A stretch of 64,000 nucleotides of DNA, from assembly GCA_976226885.1 (NCBI GenBank), contig OZ320321.1, positions 46,128,001 to 46,192,000 on the forward strand. Reading direction: 5' to 3'. The DNA comes from Iphione sp. A-MEVVRFRX5 (Eukaryota). How positions within the stretch are numbered: position 1 is the first letter of the stretch; each line of letters starts with the position of its first letter. Shown one piece after another: positions 12,095-21,704 of this stretch. The notes under the pieces are model-generated. The model did no database searches. It was not told the DNA's origin and saw only the letters and a list, made by a program, of their open reading frames with translations. The position numbers were made by a program, and so were the translations under genes.

Positions 12095-13893
12095 ATTAGG
12101 AGATAGTATGAACTTACCAGTGAAATATAATTATAATTTTAAGTAAGAGCTTGGCCACAAGTGTGGTCATAGTGAGATCCCTCCAACCCACCCAGCAGTC
12201 CACCCCACCTCAGTTGTTTAAAATGTTTCATGACCTGGAATGCAGAGACATTAAAAAAAGAACAGGGAGGGTTAATAAGGGAGGACACTATGACCACACT
12301 AGTGGACAAGCCCTTACTTAAAATTAGGATATTTCACTGGTAAGTTCATATTATCTCTTAACTTTGTCTTGTCCACCAGGTGGACATGAGACTTTAAAAG
12401 ACATGGCTCAAATGAACAGGTCACGAAAAACAGACATACCAACTTAACCTACCTCAGATAGAGGGTTTGGAAGGTAGCTCCATGTGTCCACATACCCTTC
12501 TTCATTATTTCATTCAAGGACATATCCATTTTGGTTACTTGGACACAGATGCTGATCTGGTGCCGAAAATCTAAACACATCAATGCCAGCTTATCTCATG
12601 ATTTTAGTGTGGTCCATCAGGCCAAAGTGGAACTGCTGTGAGGCTTGAGGTTGCCACCTCTATTAATTATTTGCTGGCTACAGAATCTTCTGTCAGCAAG
12701 GGGGTCCAAATGGGGATGGAGTGATTCATGGTAAGCCAATAGGAGACCACAGAATAAAAGACCAGGGGCAACAAGAGGAAGGCCAAGTTCAATAGCGTCC
12801 ATCTTGAAATGTCTGTAATGAATAGACAAATTTGATTTAGAAAGGTCAAGAATCATACAGAAAGAACCATTTGTTTAGGACAAAGAAAAATAGTTATGAA
12901 GAAAGAACCCTCAGGAAAATACTCTATGACAGAAATGGAGCCTACCTCAAGAAGATTAGACAGTTCTTCTCTCACAAAGATACATTCTTCCTCACTAACG
13001 CAAATACATTTGGGAGATCTAAATTTAAAAAGGTTGTTTTAAAATCCTAATGGGACCCCGAAATGGCCTGTAAGACATAGGGTCTAGGTAACTGACAGCT
13101 ATTGTGCCTTATACTAAGATCAGTTTCCCACAATAAATGAAGATTCCACTTCCTTATCTGCAGGGCAGGAAGGGCCTGCTGTTGTAGGCAGGTATTGCTG
13201 CTGGCTGCTGAGGCTGAACCTGAGGCTGAAAGAAGGGGAATTGTGTGAAAGTGCTGTGGTACACTAACATCCTCCTCTGACCCCTGGGAAACCTGATTCT
13301 CCCCCTGTAAAAGTTGCCAAACCCTCTTTGGAAAGAAAAGATTTGGCCTCTGCCAAAACCCTTCTTTGCCTTGTTGACATGACTGATAAGTTTCAACACA
13401 TCCTCAAAACTTTTTAATGACCATTTGAGATTGTCCCCCAAAAGGAGGATAGTCATCTGATGTGAGCCTCTTGTGCTTGGCCAACAGATGGGGCTTTATA
13501 TCCATTTTTCTCAGCTATGTTATTAGGGAATTATTGTTCCCTAAAACCATGGCAAGATCTATCAACATCTTGCCCATACGAGCCACCCACAAAAACTCTG
13601 AATCATGTTGGTTTGCGAGTTATCATCATCGTCGTCGTCGTCGTCATCATCATCACCATCGTACACAAAAAATGCCTTGTGGCAGAAGCAATGGTCATAG
13701 AAGAAATACAAATTAAGAAAAAGGTTAATAGGAAGAACTTAACTGCAGTGGTGGTCTATGGAAGAATCCAGACAGCAAACAATCCAAATCACTGAGGGGT
13801 AAGTGTGGAATGGCTGGCAGCAGAAAGCACACTGAGGTGGGATGGTAATGCTAGGTGGGAGGGATCTCACTATGTCTACCTGTGGACAAGACG
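12095..13893 (-). mobile_element. Internally deleted (non-autonomous) DIRS1-like retroelement, ~1.8 kb, with both termini and ICR
   Basis: 12095-12175 is an inverted copy of 12285-12360 (right end versus ICR). The left ITR (~13825-13892) is inverted relative to 12165-12212 and matches the second ICR half (gtcttgtccac). Interior remnants: YR C-terminus (~12440-12500), RT (MILDLSKSNLSIHYRHFKMDA, 12780-12856), gag tail (RGFGNFYRGR...QPQQP, 13154-13456). Confidence 0.8.
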
Positions 13894-14467
13894 TATTAAA
13901 ATCCTATATCCTCCTTTTTCAGGGTCATTATTTACAAATTTTATTGAAGTGTGCTTCGTTGCCACGATCTTTCTCCTTTTCTCAATGAACATTTTAGAAA
14001 GGATATGTTAAGTGTTTCATTTATTCTTTGTCTATTCCATGTGCAAGTACGTTTTGCACACTTTACTGTTTTTACCTATGGCCATGTATAATTAGTAGGT
14101 AAAACGAGCTTACCTTAAGTAAGTGATGTTTAAACAGAATTTTAATTCTGTACTTGCCCACTAGGGGGCAACAATGAGATGACGTCAGCAACCAACCAGA
14201 GGACACACACCAGGCTTTGAAAGAAGGTTCTTCCTGCAGAGACTGAAAAGAGAAAAAACAGAAACATATTAGGGTGGGCCCAGAGGTGGGCATTGTTGCC
14301 CCCTAGTGGGCAAGTACAGAATTAAAATTCTGTTTAAACATCACTTACTTAAGGTAAGCTCGTTTTACCTACTAATTTTAATTCAGTACATGCCCACTAG
14401 AGGGCTCCAATGAGACTTGAAAGATATGAAGGCTCAAAGGAAGAACCTGAAGTAGTACGAGCTCACC

Positions 14468-15646
14468 TTAACAAACTGTTTTCAAATAGAAGGTTTTAAA
14501 AGTATTTGCATGACTCCACATGCCCTTCTTCATAATATCTGATATTGGCATGCCCATTTGTGTCAGTTTTGACACAGAAGCAGACCGTGTTGAATGTGCC
14601 GTAAATTTAGAAACATCCACTCCAGCTTCTTTAAGAACTGATTTAGTCCAACGACCCAAAGTGGACACAGACACTGGCCTATGAGGCTGCTTAAAACTAA
14701 TAAGTAACTGATCTGTTGTACCTCTAATAGAAGAGGTAACCCTTATATAACATTTAAGACATCGCAAGACACAAATCGAGGGCACAGCCTTAAATGGCTG
14801 CAAAACTACCTTAGAAGCAGGCTTGCCCTTCCTAGCATGTTTCAAAGGAGTTGAATAATTAACCTGTACAGAACCATCTGGTAGGTAATGAATATTCGAT
14901 AATCTCATCGAATGGATAGTCTGCAAGCGGCCACAAGAAGCCAGCAGAAGCAAAAGAAGACACTTATGAGTTAATTGTTTCAGGGTCAAGGACTTATTTG
15001 GATGCCATGTTTTCAAGAAATTCAGAACTAGGGAAACGTCCCAAACATAATTTAAACGGGCTACAGGTGGTCTTAGATTGAAAAAACCACTAAGCATACG
15101 AACTGTATCCGGATGCTTACCAAAAGCAAAACCATCATAAAAAGGCAAGATAGCAGACAATGCACTACGTGCAGTATTCAAGGCACTGTAACGTACTCCT
15201 TTGTTATAAAGATCGAGGAGAAAATGAAGCGCCTGCCTCAAAGAAGGTTTCAAAGGATCCCAGTCCTTAAGGAAACATTTTGTTTTCCAACGATTCAAAT
15301 AGGAAGTATAAATAGTTCTAGTCTTAGCCCTCCAAGACTGCAACATGATAGATTTCATAGAAGGAGACAAATCTTTCATGTCCAAAGATGCTTTCAATAA
15401 AGAAGTGCCATAATTTCTATACTTTCCATGGCGGACCGGCCTAGATGATTGACGAGATTCAACGGATGTTTCTTGAACATTAACGGCTGGCTTTTGGACA
15501 TGGACACCGCCCTGCTGTACCAGGACCTGTTCGGCCACACCGGAATCAGCAGTACCAAGTGAGGAAATTCTCGTTGAATCTTTTGGAGGCACCTGGCAAT
15601 TATAGAAAAAGGTGGACAGGCATAAGCGAATGAAAAGTCTGACCAA
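14468..15646 (-). CDS. DIRS tyrosine recombinase (first plausible ATG at 15379)
   Basis: SAM-like N-domain (WRAKTRTIYTSYLNRW, ALNTARSALS), catalytic R (ASCGRLQ), HSTR and FYLK motifs. Frame is uninterrupted. Confidence 0.93.
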   Translation of the reverse strand: MVRLFIRLCLSTFFYNCQVPPKDSTRISSLGTADSGVAEQVLVQQGGVHVQKPAVNVQETSVESRQSSRPVRHGKYRNYGTSLLKASLDMKDLSPSMKSIMLQSWRAKTRTIYTSYLNRWKTKCFLKDWDPLKPSLRQALHFLLDLYNKGVRYSALNTARSALSAILPFYDGFAFGKHPDTVRMLSGFFNLRPPVARLNYVWDVSLVLNFLKTWHPNKSLTLKQLTHKCLLLLLLASCGRLQTIHSMRLSNIHYLPDGSVQVNYSTPLKHARKGKPASKVVLQPFKAVPSICVLRCLKCYIRVTSSIRGTTDQLLISFKQPHRPVSVSTLGRWTKSVLKEAGVDVSKFTAHSTRSASVSKLTQMGMPISDIMKKGMWSHANTFKTFYLKTVC

Positions 15647-17109
15647 TTACGCGAGAAAGCATCTACAAAAGCAGCGCCAGGGTCTGGTAGCCAACTGGCA
15701 TACACAGGCAGCTTGTTGTTAATTCTTGATGCAAAAAGATCAATGTCAGGCAAACCCCAGGTGGAGACTATAACCTGGAAATTATCAGGATGCAAACCCC
15801 ATTCTAGGTTATCTTTAAATCTCCTCGAAGCATAGTCTGCAGTAGTGTTGAAAACACCAGGAATGTAAAACGCCCTAAGGTATGAATCACGGGCTTCCAA
15901 GAAAAGCCAAATTTTCCTAGCCACTGACCTGCATGGGGCAGACTTTGTGCCACCCATATGGTTCACATACGAGATTGCGGTAGTATTATCAGAAAAGACA
16001 AACAGAGTCTTGCGGGAAACATCATTGAAATAACTCCTTAGGGCTAAATATATTGCCTTCAACTCAAGGACATTAATATGGAGGCCTTGTTCATGGGACA
16101 ACCATCTACTACCAATAGTAGAATGTCCATACGAAGCGCCCCAACCAAACTCTGACGCATCAGTGTAAAAGATACTGTCAGGGGATAAAGGTAGGAATGA
16201 CCTTTCCAATGTCGATATATTTTGGAGCCACCAATGAAATTCCGAAATTGAGGCTGGGCTTAACGACATGACAGCATCATAGGACTTATGGACGCCCAAA
16301 GCAAAATTTTTGTCCATTTCAATAATTCTGACATGATTGCGACCATAAACAGAGGCTCTCGTGAGGTCCACCAAATATCCTAATACAGTGGCCAATCTCC
16401 TTATTGAAAAAGCTGACATAGACAAAATAGAATTGATTGCATCGGTAACTTTAGAGATCCTCGATTGTGTCGGATAAACTGTCATAGACATAGAGCTCAC
16501 ACCATAGCCTAAGAAAACTATTTCATTAGATGGCGTTAACATAGACTTGTCATAATTAATCGAGAACCCCAGATGCAACAAAAGATCAATAGTGAGAGCA
16601 ATATGTTCATGGCACTGTTGTTCTGAGTCTGCTATAGTCAGCAAGTCATCAATGTATGACACGATTACAACCCCTCTGTTCCTGAGGTAAGCCAACGGTG
16701 GAGCCATTACCTTTGTAAACAACCTTGGGGCTGATGAAAGGCCAAAAGGTAACGCATTGTAGGAATAAACATTATTATTCCACACAAAGGACAAAAATTT
16801 GTGATGAGAAGGTAGAATTGGAATTGAATGATATGCATTTTTAAGGTCTATAGAGGCAAGAAAACAACCAGGGGACAGAAGTGGCAAAACCGACTCCAAA
16901 GTTTCCATCTTGAAATGTCGATAGTAAATGAAAAGGTTAAGTTTAGACAAATCAAGGATCATTCTATAGGAGCCATTAGGCTTAGGCCTAAGGAAAATAT
17001 TTGAGAAGTATGAGCCCACTGGGGGAGAAGAAACAAGAGATATTGCCTTGGACTTTAACAAGTTATCTAGTTCATCAGCAACAAAGCCATTCTCTTCAGA
17101 AGAAAACAA
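15394..17109 (-). CDS. DIRS pol: reverse transcriptase + RNase H + adenine-methyltransferase-like domain (frame continues upstream through one TAG at 17209-17211)
   Basis: RT motifs YRMILDLSKLN, IDLKNAY, LPFGLSSAP, YIDD. RNase H motifs YTDAS, INVLELKA, SDNTTA, NTTADYASR. MT-like motifs PDIDLFAS, DAF, YACPPF. Confidence 0.93.
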   Translation of the reverse strand: MFSSEENGFVADELDNLLKSKAISLVSSPPVGSYFSNIFLRPKPNGSYRMILDLSKLNLFIYYRHFKMETLESVLPLLSPGCFLASIDLKNAYHSIPILPSHHKFLSFVWNNNVYSYNALPFGLSSAPRLFTKVMAPPLAYLRNRGVVIVSYIDDLLTIADSEQQCHEHIALTIDLLLHLGFSINYDKSMLTPSNEIVFLGYGVSSMSMTVYPTQSRISKVTDAINSILSMSAFSIRRLATVLGYLVDLTRASVYGRNHVRIIEMDKNFALGVHKSYDAVMSLSPASISEFHWWLQNISTLERSFLPLSPDSIFYTDASEFGWGASYGHSTIGSRWLSHEQGLHINVLELKAIYLALRSYFNDVSRKTLFVFSDNTTAISYVNHMGGTKSAPCRSVARKIWLFLEARDSYLRAFYIPGVFNTTADYASRRFKDNLEWGLHPDNFQVIVSTWGLPDIDLFASRINNKLPVYASWLPDPGAAFVDAFSRNWSDFSFAYACPPFSIIARCLQKIQREFPHLVLLIPVWPNRSWYSRAVSMSKSQPLMFKKHPLNLVNHLGRSAMESIEIMALLY

Positions 17110-17252
17110 TATAGGCTTAGGCCGAGAAAATTGGAAAGGAGCTGAGGAAAAATCTAAGTGATACCCTTTAACAGCCTGGATTACTTCAGGATCAGAGGTA
17201 ATGGTACGCTATTGTGGCACACATTTTGACAAACCACCAGCTTGGAAAGGAA

Positions 17253-18989
17253 TTATTTCCTTACCGGAGGGGCCGTCAGCTGCTTCTGGGGTAAGGGCTG
17301 CATCATCAAGGGAGGCACCTGCTGCTGCTGCTGCTGTTGGTGTTGAAACAGCTGAGGCTGAAACTGGTAAAAAGGGGCTTGAGACGAAAAAGTACTCTGG
17401 AAAGACCACCTTCTCTTGGATCCTCTGTAATTGTTGCGACCCCTGCCCCTGTACCTCTGGGCATAATTCCTGTACTGATAACCGGACTGAGGGCGGTGAA
17501 ACCCCCCCCTCCGAGCCTTGTCAACACGATAACAAAACTTTGACATATTCTCTGAGGTTTTCATTGAGGACTCGAGGGAATCTCCAAAAAGCAAAGTGGG
17601 AGAAGGGGGGCAGTCAGCAGAAGCTAACCGACGATGCTCTGGAAGCAAATGTGGTTTGATGCTGTCTCGACGTAACTTGATCAAATGGGAATTAAGAAGA
17701 CCAATAGTAAACGACAAATCTGTCAAAACCTTGCCAAGGCCCGACACCCAAGCCAGAGGTGATGACTGAGATGGAGGATTGACTGGCTGAGGGGTATGGT
17801 CATTAACCACCTCCAACGCCCGAGAAAGAATAGAAAGGGCGATAACTGACTCAGACTGAGCCCTCTGAATAGTCCGATCAGCAATTTTTGTGTCTTTGTT
17901 CAACGAAAGCCAAATTGGCTCATTTACCCTTAAAACTCTCAACCAATCTGAATTAGAAGGGAAAGGGTACAACTTCTTCAGGTCAGCAAATGCTTCCAAG
18001 GAATAAGGGGTGTGGACACACTTATCCACAAAATCTGCAACCAACTGGTTAACTGGAGCCCCCAAAACAGCATCAGAGGTCAATTCAGACGAAGCCGTGA
18101 CTAAAAAATTTTCGGGGCCAACGTCAAGGTCCCCCTCTTCATTGTCACTTCCAGACCCAGCCTCCTCTGTATGAGGGGCGTCCTTCGCAGCTACTTTCTT
18201 CGACACTGTAGTAGTCTCTGTAGCCTCGCCCTCAGCATTGTCATCATTATCATTATCCGAACCTTCCTCAGAAGAGGAGGACGAAACCTCATGAGTAGAC
18301 TTAGCACGGGACACTTTAGGAGTGGCGTGTGAGGGCCCAGGTTCCTGAGACTGAGACTGAAGTTCAGGGGGGTCTGCGGCAGCAGACACAGCATCAACAA
18401 CAACATTAATGCCATCTGACAAATTTTTTCCCAAACTCAACTCCAAAGACTGCATTCCAGCAGTAAAACTATGGGACAGGGCAGTAATTGCTGACAACAA
18501 AGCATCCTGACCCGAAGCGGCCGGCTGAGACGAAGTCCCAGGGTCAACAATAGCTTGGGGTGGCAACACCGGTGGGATTGATTGGGGAGTAAGGGTGGGA
18601 GGGGGCGTTTGTTCAGGCGTATCCAGCTGATTCTGCTAGGACTGCGTTTGCTTTGACTTTTTCGCCGGCGGTTCGTCAATGTCCGAACCAGGACCTTTGG
18701 ACTTGGTTTTCTTAGGTTGAGGGGAACGACTGCCTTGTGGCGAAGTCTTTTTCCTTTGAGGAGACTTCTTCCCTTTTGTCTTAGGGGACTTCTTTTTGGA
18801 AATATCAGAAGACCCTTCCAGGAACTTTGATAACGAAAAACCTAAAGTGACATGGTGAAAAAGACTCACCACGAAAAGAACACAATATAATGGACGTAAC
18901 AGTGGCAAGAAGCTGGAATAGGGAGGGCCAAAAAGAGAAAAATGCACATACAACCTGGCCGCCACGTGCAGACAAACAGCATAAGCCAC
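17253..18989 (-). CDS. DIRS gag-like ORF, interrupted by one in-frame TAG at 18636-18638
   Basis: Supplied ORFs 18636-18989 and 17253-18569 are the same frame separated by one TAG. The C-half has DIRS gag-like segments (LRVNEPIW, LRRDSIKPHL, LLFGDSL). No in-frame ATG was found at the 5' end. Confidence 0.75.
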
Positions 18990-20552
18990 AGAGCAATGAG
19001 TGCGTGCGTCCGGTCTGGTCCGAAGCTAACTGAAGACTGGTGTGTGTCCTCTGGTTGGTTGCTGACGTCATCTCATTGGAGCCCTCTAGTGGGCATGTAC
19101 TGAATTAAAATGTAGATGGTGTAAGTTTTTTGTTTTTCAGAATGCAACTACGTGTATACTGTCTGATTTCAAATTTAAATTTCGTGATGTTACAGCCTTA
19201 AGATATCCGAGAGACTTAACTGAGGCAAAAAGACGTCGCGTATTGAACAAATGAATAAAATGGATTTGTCTAACACACTGATGTCATTGGTCTCACCGAG
19301 TAAAAAACTTTTAAAAAATCTAATTAAAGAATGAAACGAAGAAGATGGTATACATTGAGATGTTTCTTTTCTTTTCTCCTTCAGACAAATAGGATATGAT
19401 GCATCTTAGTTAGGAAGAAGACCACGACGAAAACAGATTCACATTGGAGTATTGTTCACAGATATTAAAAACAGATTTTTTATTAAAAGCAGGTACGGTA
19501 CCCGTCTCCAACACCTGCACATATACAAGTAGATGCAGTTTTAGCTTCTCCACTGATCTGTTTTAACTTTACCAGAAATTATTATTATTAGCAAGATACT
19601 GATTGGATCATGTAGCGTTGAGAATCTCAATGAAAATGTCTGTCACGACGTAAAACTTTTTCTGTTGGGTTCAAAGAGAACAGCACTGATACATCCGATA
19701 CGAAAAATTTGTCTCCTCTCATGACTATCAGATGGCAGGTAAACAGTACGTCCAAGTTTATTTCACTCGCCAGGGAATGAACGTCCTCAAATACAGACAG
19801 ACTTGACTATTTATCTCAGTGAGGTCCACATCCTTAGCAGAAGTCCATACATGTACAGTCTATCAGACTGTTTTCTGGGGGATTTTTTTCGGCCTCACAC
19901 CTCAGAGAAGCCAACAAAAAAAGATCCAGGATGGTGAATAATAACTTAGAATACTGTTTTTATAATCAATACATGTAACACAGAAGGAGCCTGGTGACTG
20001 AACAAAACCAAGCTACTCCCCTGGTAGCTTAATTAGATTTTTGATAAGTTAGACCTCATATAAACATTTCAGATAAATACAAGGGACATCCTGACCAAAT
20101 ACCAGAGTACGTCTTGAATTTGAAACATTGTACAATTCAACTTTGAATCTGATCAACAGTCAAGTCACTATCCCGCAGCAGAAATAACATGTTTAATAGA
20201 TTATACTGACCTGGAAGTCAGCTCCTTCTTGATGCAATAATCAACATAACAGAAAACCTTTATACACACGAGACAGGAGAATCATCAATTCAGAATTACG
20301 CACACAACAGTAATCCAGTGTTTTAGAAACAGAAGTAACATCTTATAAATTCGGCGAAGGATAATCCGTACTTTCATGTATATATACATAATATGTGTGT
20401 TTTATATTCAGTTAAGTACTGTACAAATATGTACATACCAACACTTAAATGCACATCCACTACTAAATGCACGTGGTTCTAGTACGTCACATTTTTTTCA
20501 CCGCATATAAAAAGTATTCAAATAATACATGTACACCCTAAGATCACATTCA

Positions 20553-21704
20553 TTACTCAGGACAAGGGTACACCGACAGGATGCTGGTGTTGTCCGCCAC
20601 CACGATGACCTTCTGTTGCGAGCTCACCCCGGAAGTCACCCAGTTGACCTTCTCCCCGTGTTCGATGGTCCACTTGGGCGCCATGGCCTCCAGACCTGTG
20701 GGCACACGAGCTGCATAGTCGTCATAGTCATCCACGTCAGCGTTTGCCGCATGTCCATTTGCTACATGTCCGTTTGCCACGTGTCCATTCGCCACATGTC
20801 CGTTGGCTATATGGCCATTCACCGCGTGCCCATTGTGGGTGGCGACGCCGTTGCTGGGTCCAGCCCTCTGCCCTTGAAGCGGGCTGACATCCCAGAGGCC
20901 GACACGCCCATCGTTGCCCGCAGACACCAGTAAGGCATCGGCGAACTCCGGGAAGTGCACCTGCGAGACACTCTGGGTGTGACCGTCGAGGGGCCCCAGG
21001 TACTCGGGCGTGCGCTTGCTGGCGTTGAAGACGTACACCAAGGAATTTTCGGCGCCGCACGCCAGGAGGCCGCCGCTCGGCGAGAGAGCCATGGAGTGGA
21101 TGAAGGGCGGGTTGATGAGGTAGGACCCTGGAGGAGAGGAGGGCCCGGCGCTCAGTTCGTGGAGGTTGATGCGGCACAGGGAGCGGCCGCGCGAAAAGTC
21201 CCACTGCATTAGCATGCAGTCGAAGCCGGCGCTGAAGAGGTCCCACGGTCGGCGCGGGCGGAAGCAGACAGCCGACGATATATTCGCGTGTTTCCGCAGC
21301 GTCTTGAAGACCCGCCGCTCCTGGAGGTTGATGACCTTGATGTGACCTGAATCATCGCACGCCGCCAGGAAGGCCTCCTTCTCGTTCAGCGCCACCTGGT
21401 TTATCTCCTCCTCGTTGAAGTCGAAGGAATGTAAAGGCTCCCCGCCGATGTTACGCGTGTCGTACAGCAGGACGCTCTGGCCACAGGAGGCGTACAACTC
21501 GTGCGGCTTCCGCTTGGAGCACACTAAACAGGTGACGTCGCCCACGTCACCGGGCACGGAGACACGGTACTTCTGCGGGGCGGCCCCGTCCAGCGTCCAG
21601 ATGGCAAGCTCGCCATTCTCTCCGCCAGAAATAATTCTACCGCTGGAATCGACGGAAACACACAAAACGGACTCCGAGTGACCACCTTCGAGTTTTGTTG
21701 CCAT
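20553..21704 (-). CDS. WDR53: WD repeat-containing protein 53 (single coding exon, 383 aa)
   Basis: MATKLEGGHSESVLCV..., FNEEEINQ, LAACDDSGHIKVINL, HANISSAVCFRPRRPWDLFSAGFDC, NPPFIHS and HGEKVNW resemble WDR53. GC-rich coding island with a 5' UTR splice acceptor at ~21728. Confidence 0.88.
   Translation of the reverse strand: MATKLEGGHSESVLCVSVDSSGRIISGGENGELAIWTLDGAAPQKYRVSVPGDVGDVTCLVCSKRKPHELYASCGQSVLLYDTRNIGGEPLHSFDFNEEEINQVALNEKEAFLAACDDSGHIKVINLQERRVFKTLRKHANISSAVCFRPRRPWDLFSAGFDCMLMQWDFSRGRSLCRINLHELSAGPSSPPGSYLINPPFIHSMALSPSGGLLACGAENSLVYVFNASKRTPEYLGPLDGHTQSVSQVHFPEFADALLVSAGNDGRVGLWDVSPLQGQRAGPSNGVATHNGHAVNGHIANGHVANGHVANGHVANGHAANADVDDYDDYAARVPTGLEAMAPKWTIEHGEKVNWVTSGVSSQQKVIVVADNTSILSVYPCPE

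Larger units (their letters stand above)
14090..19111 (-). mobile_element. Structurally complete DIRS1-like tyrosine-recombinase retrotransposon (~5.0 kb)
   Basis: Left ITR (~19037-19111) and right ITR plus extension (14090-14212) are inverted. The ICR (~14292-14414) equals the right end joined to the left end. gag, RT-RNaseH-MT and YR ORFs are present. ATT is shared at both ends and at the circle junction. Confidence 0.95.

Noticed and set aside
15400-15780. Methyltransferase-like domain in DIRS pol as a novelty
   Set aside because: It is an established feature of DIRS1-group elements.
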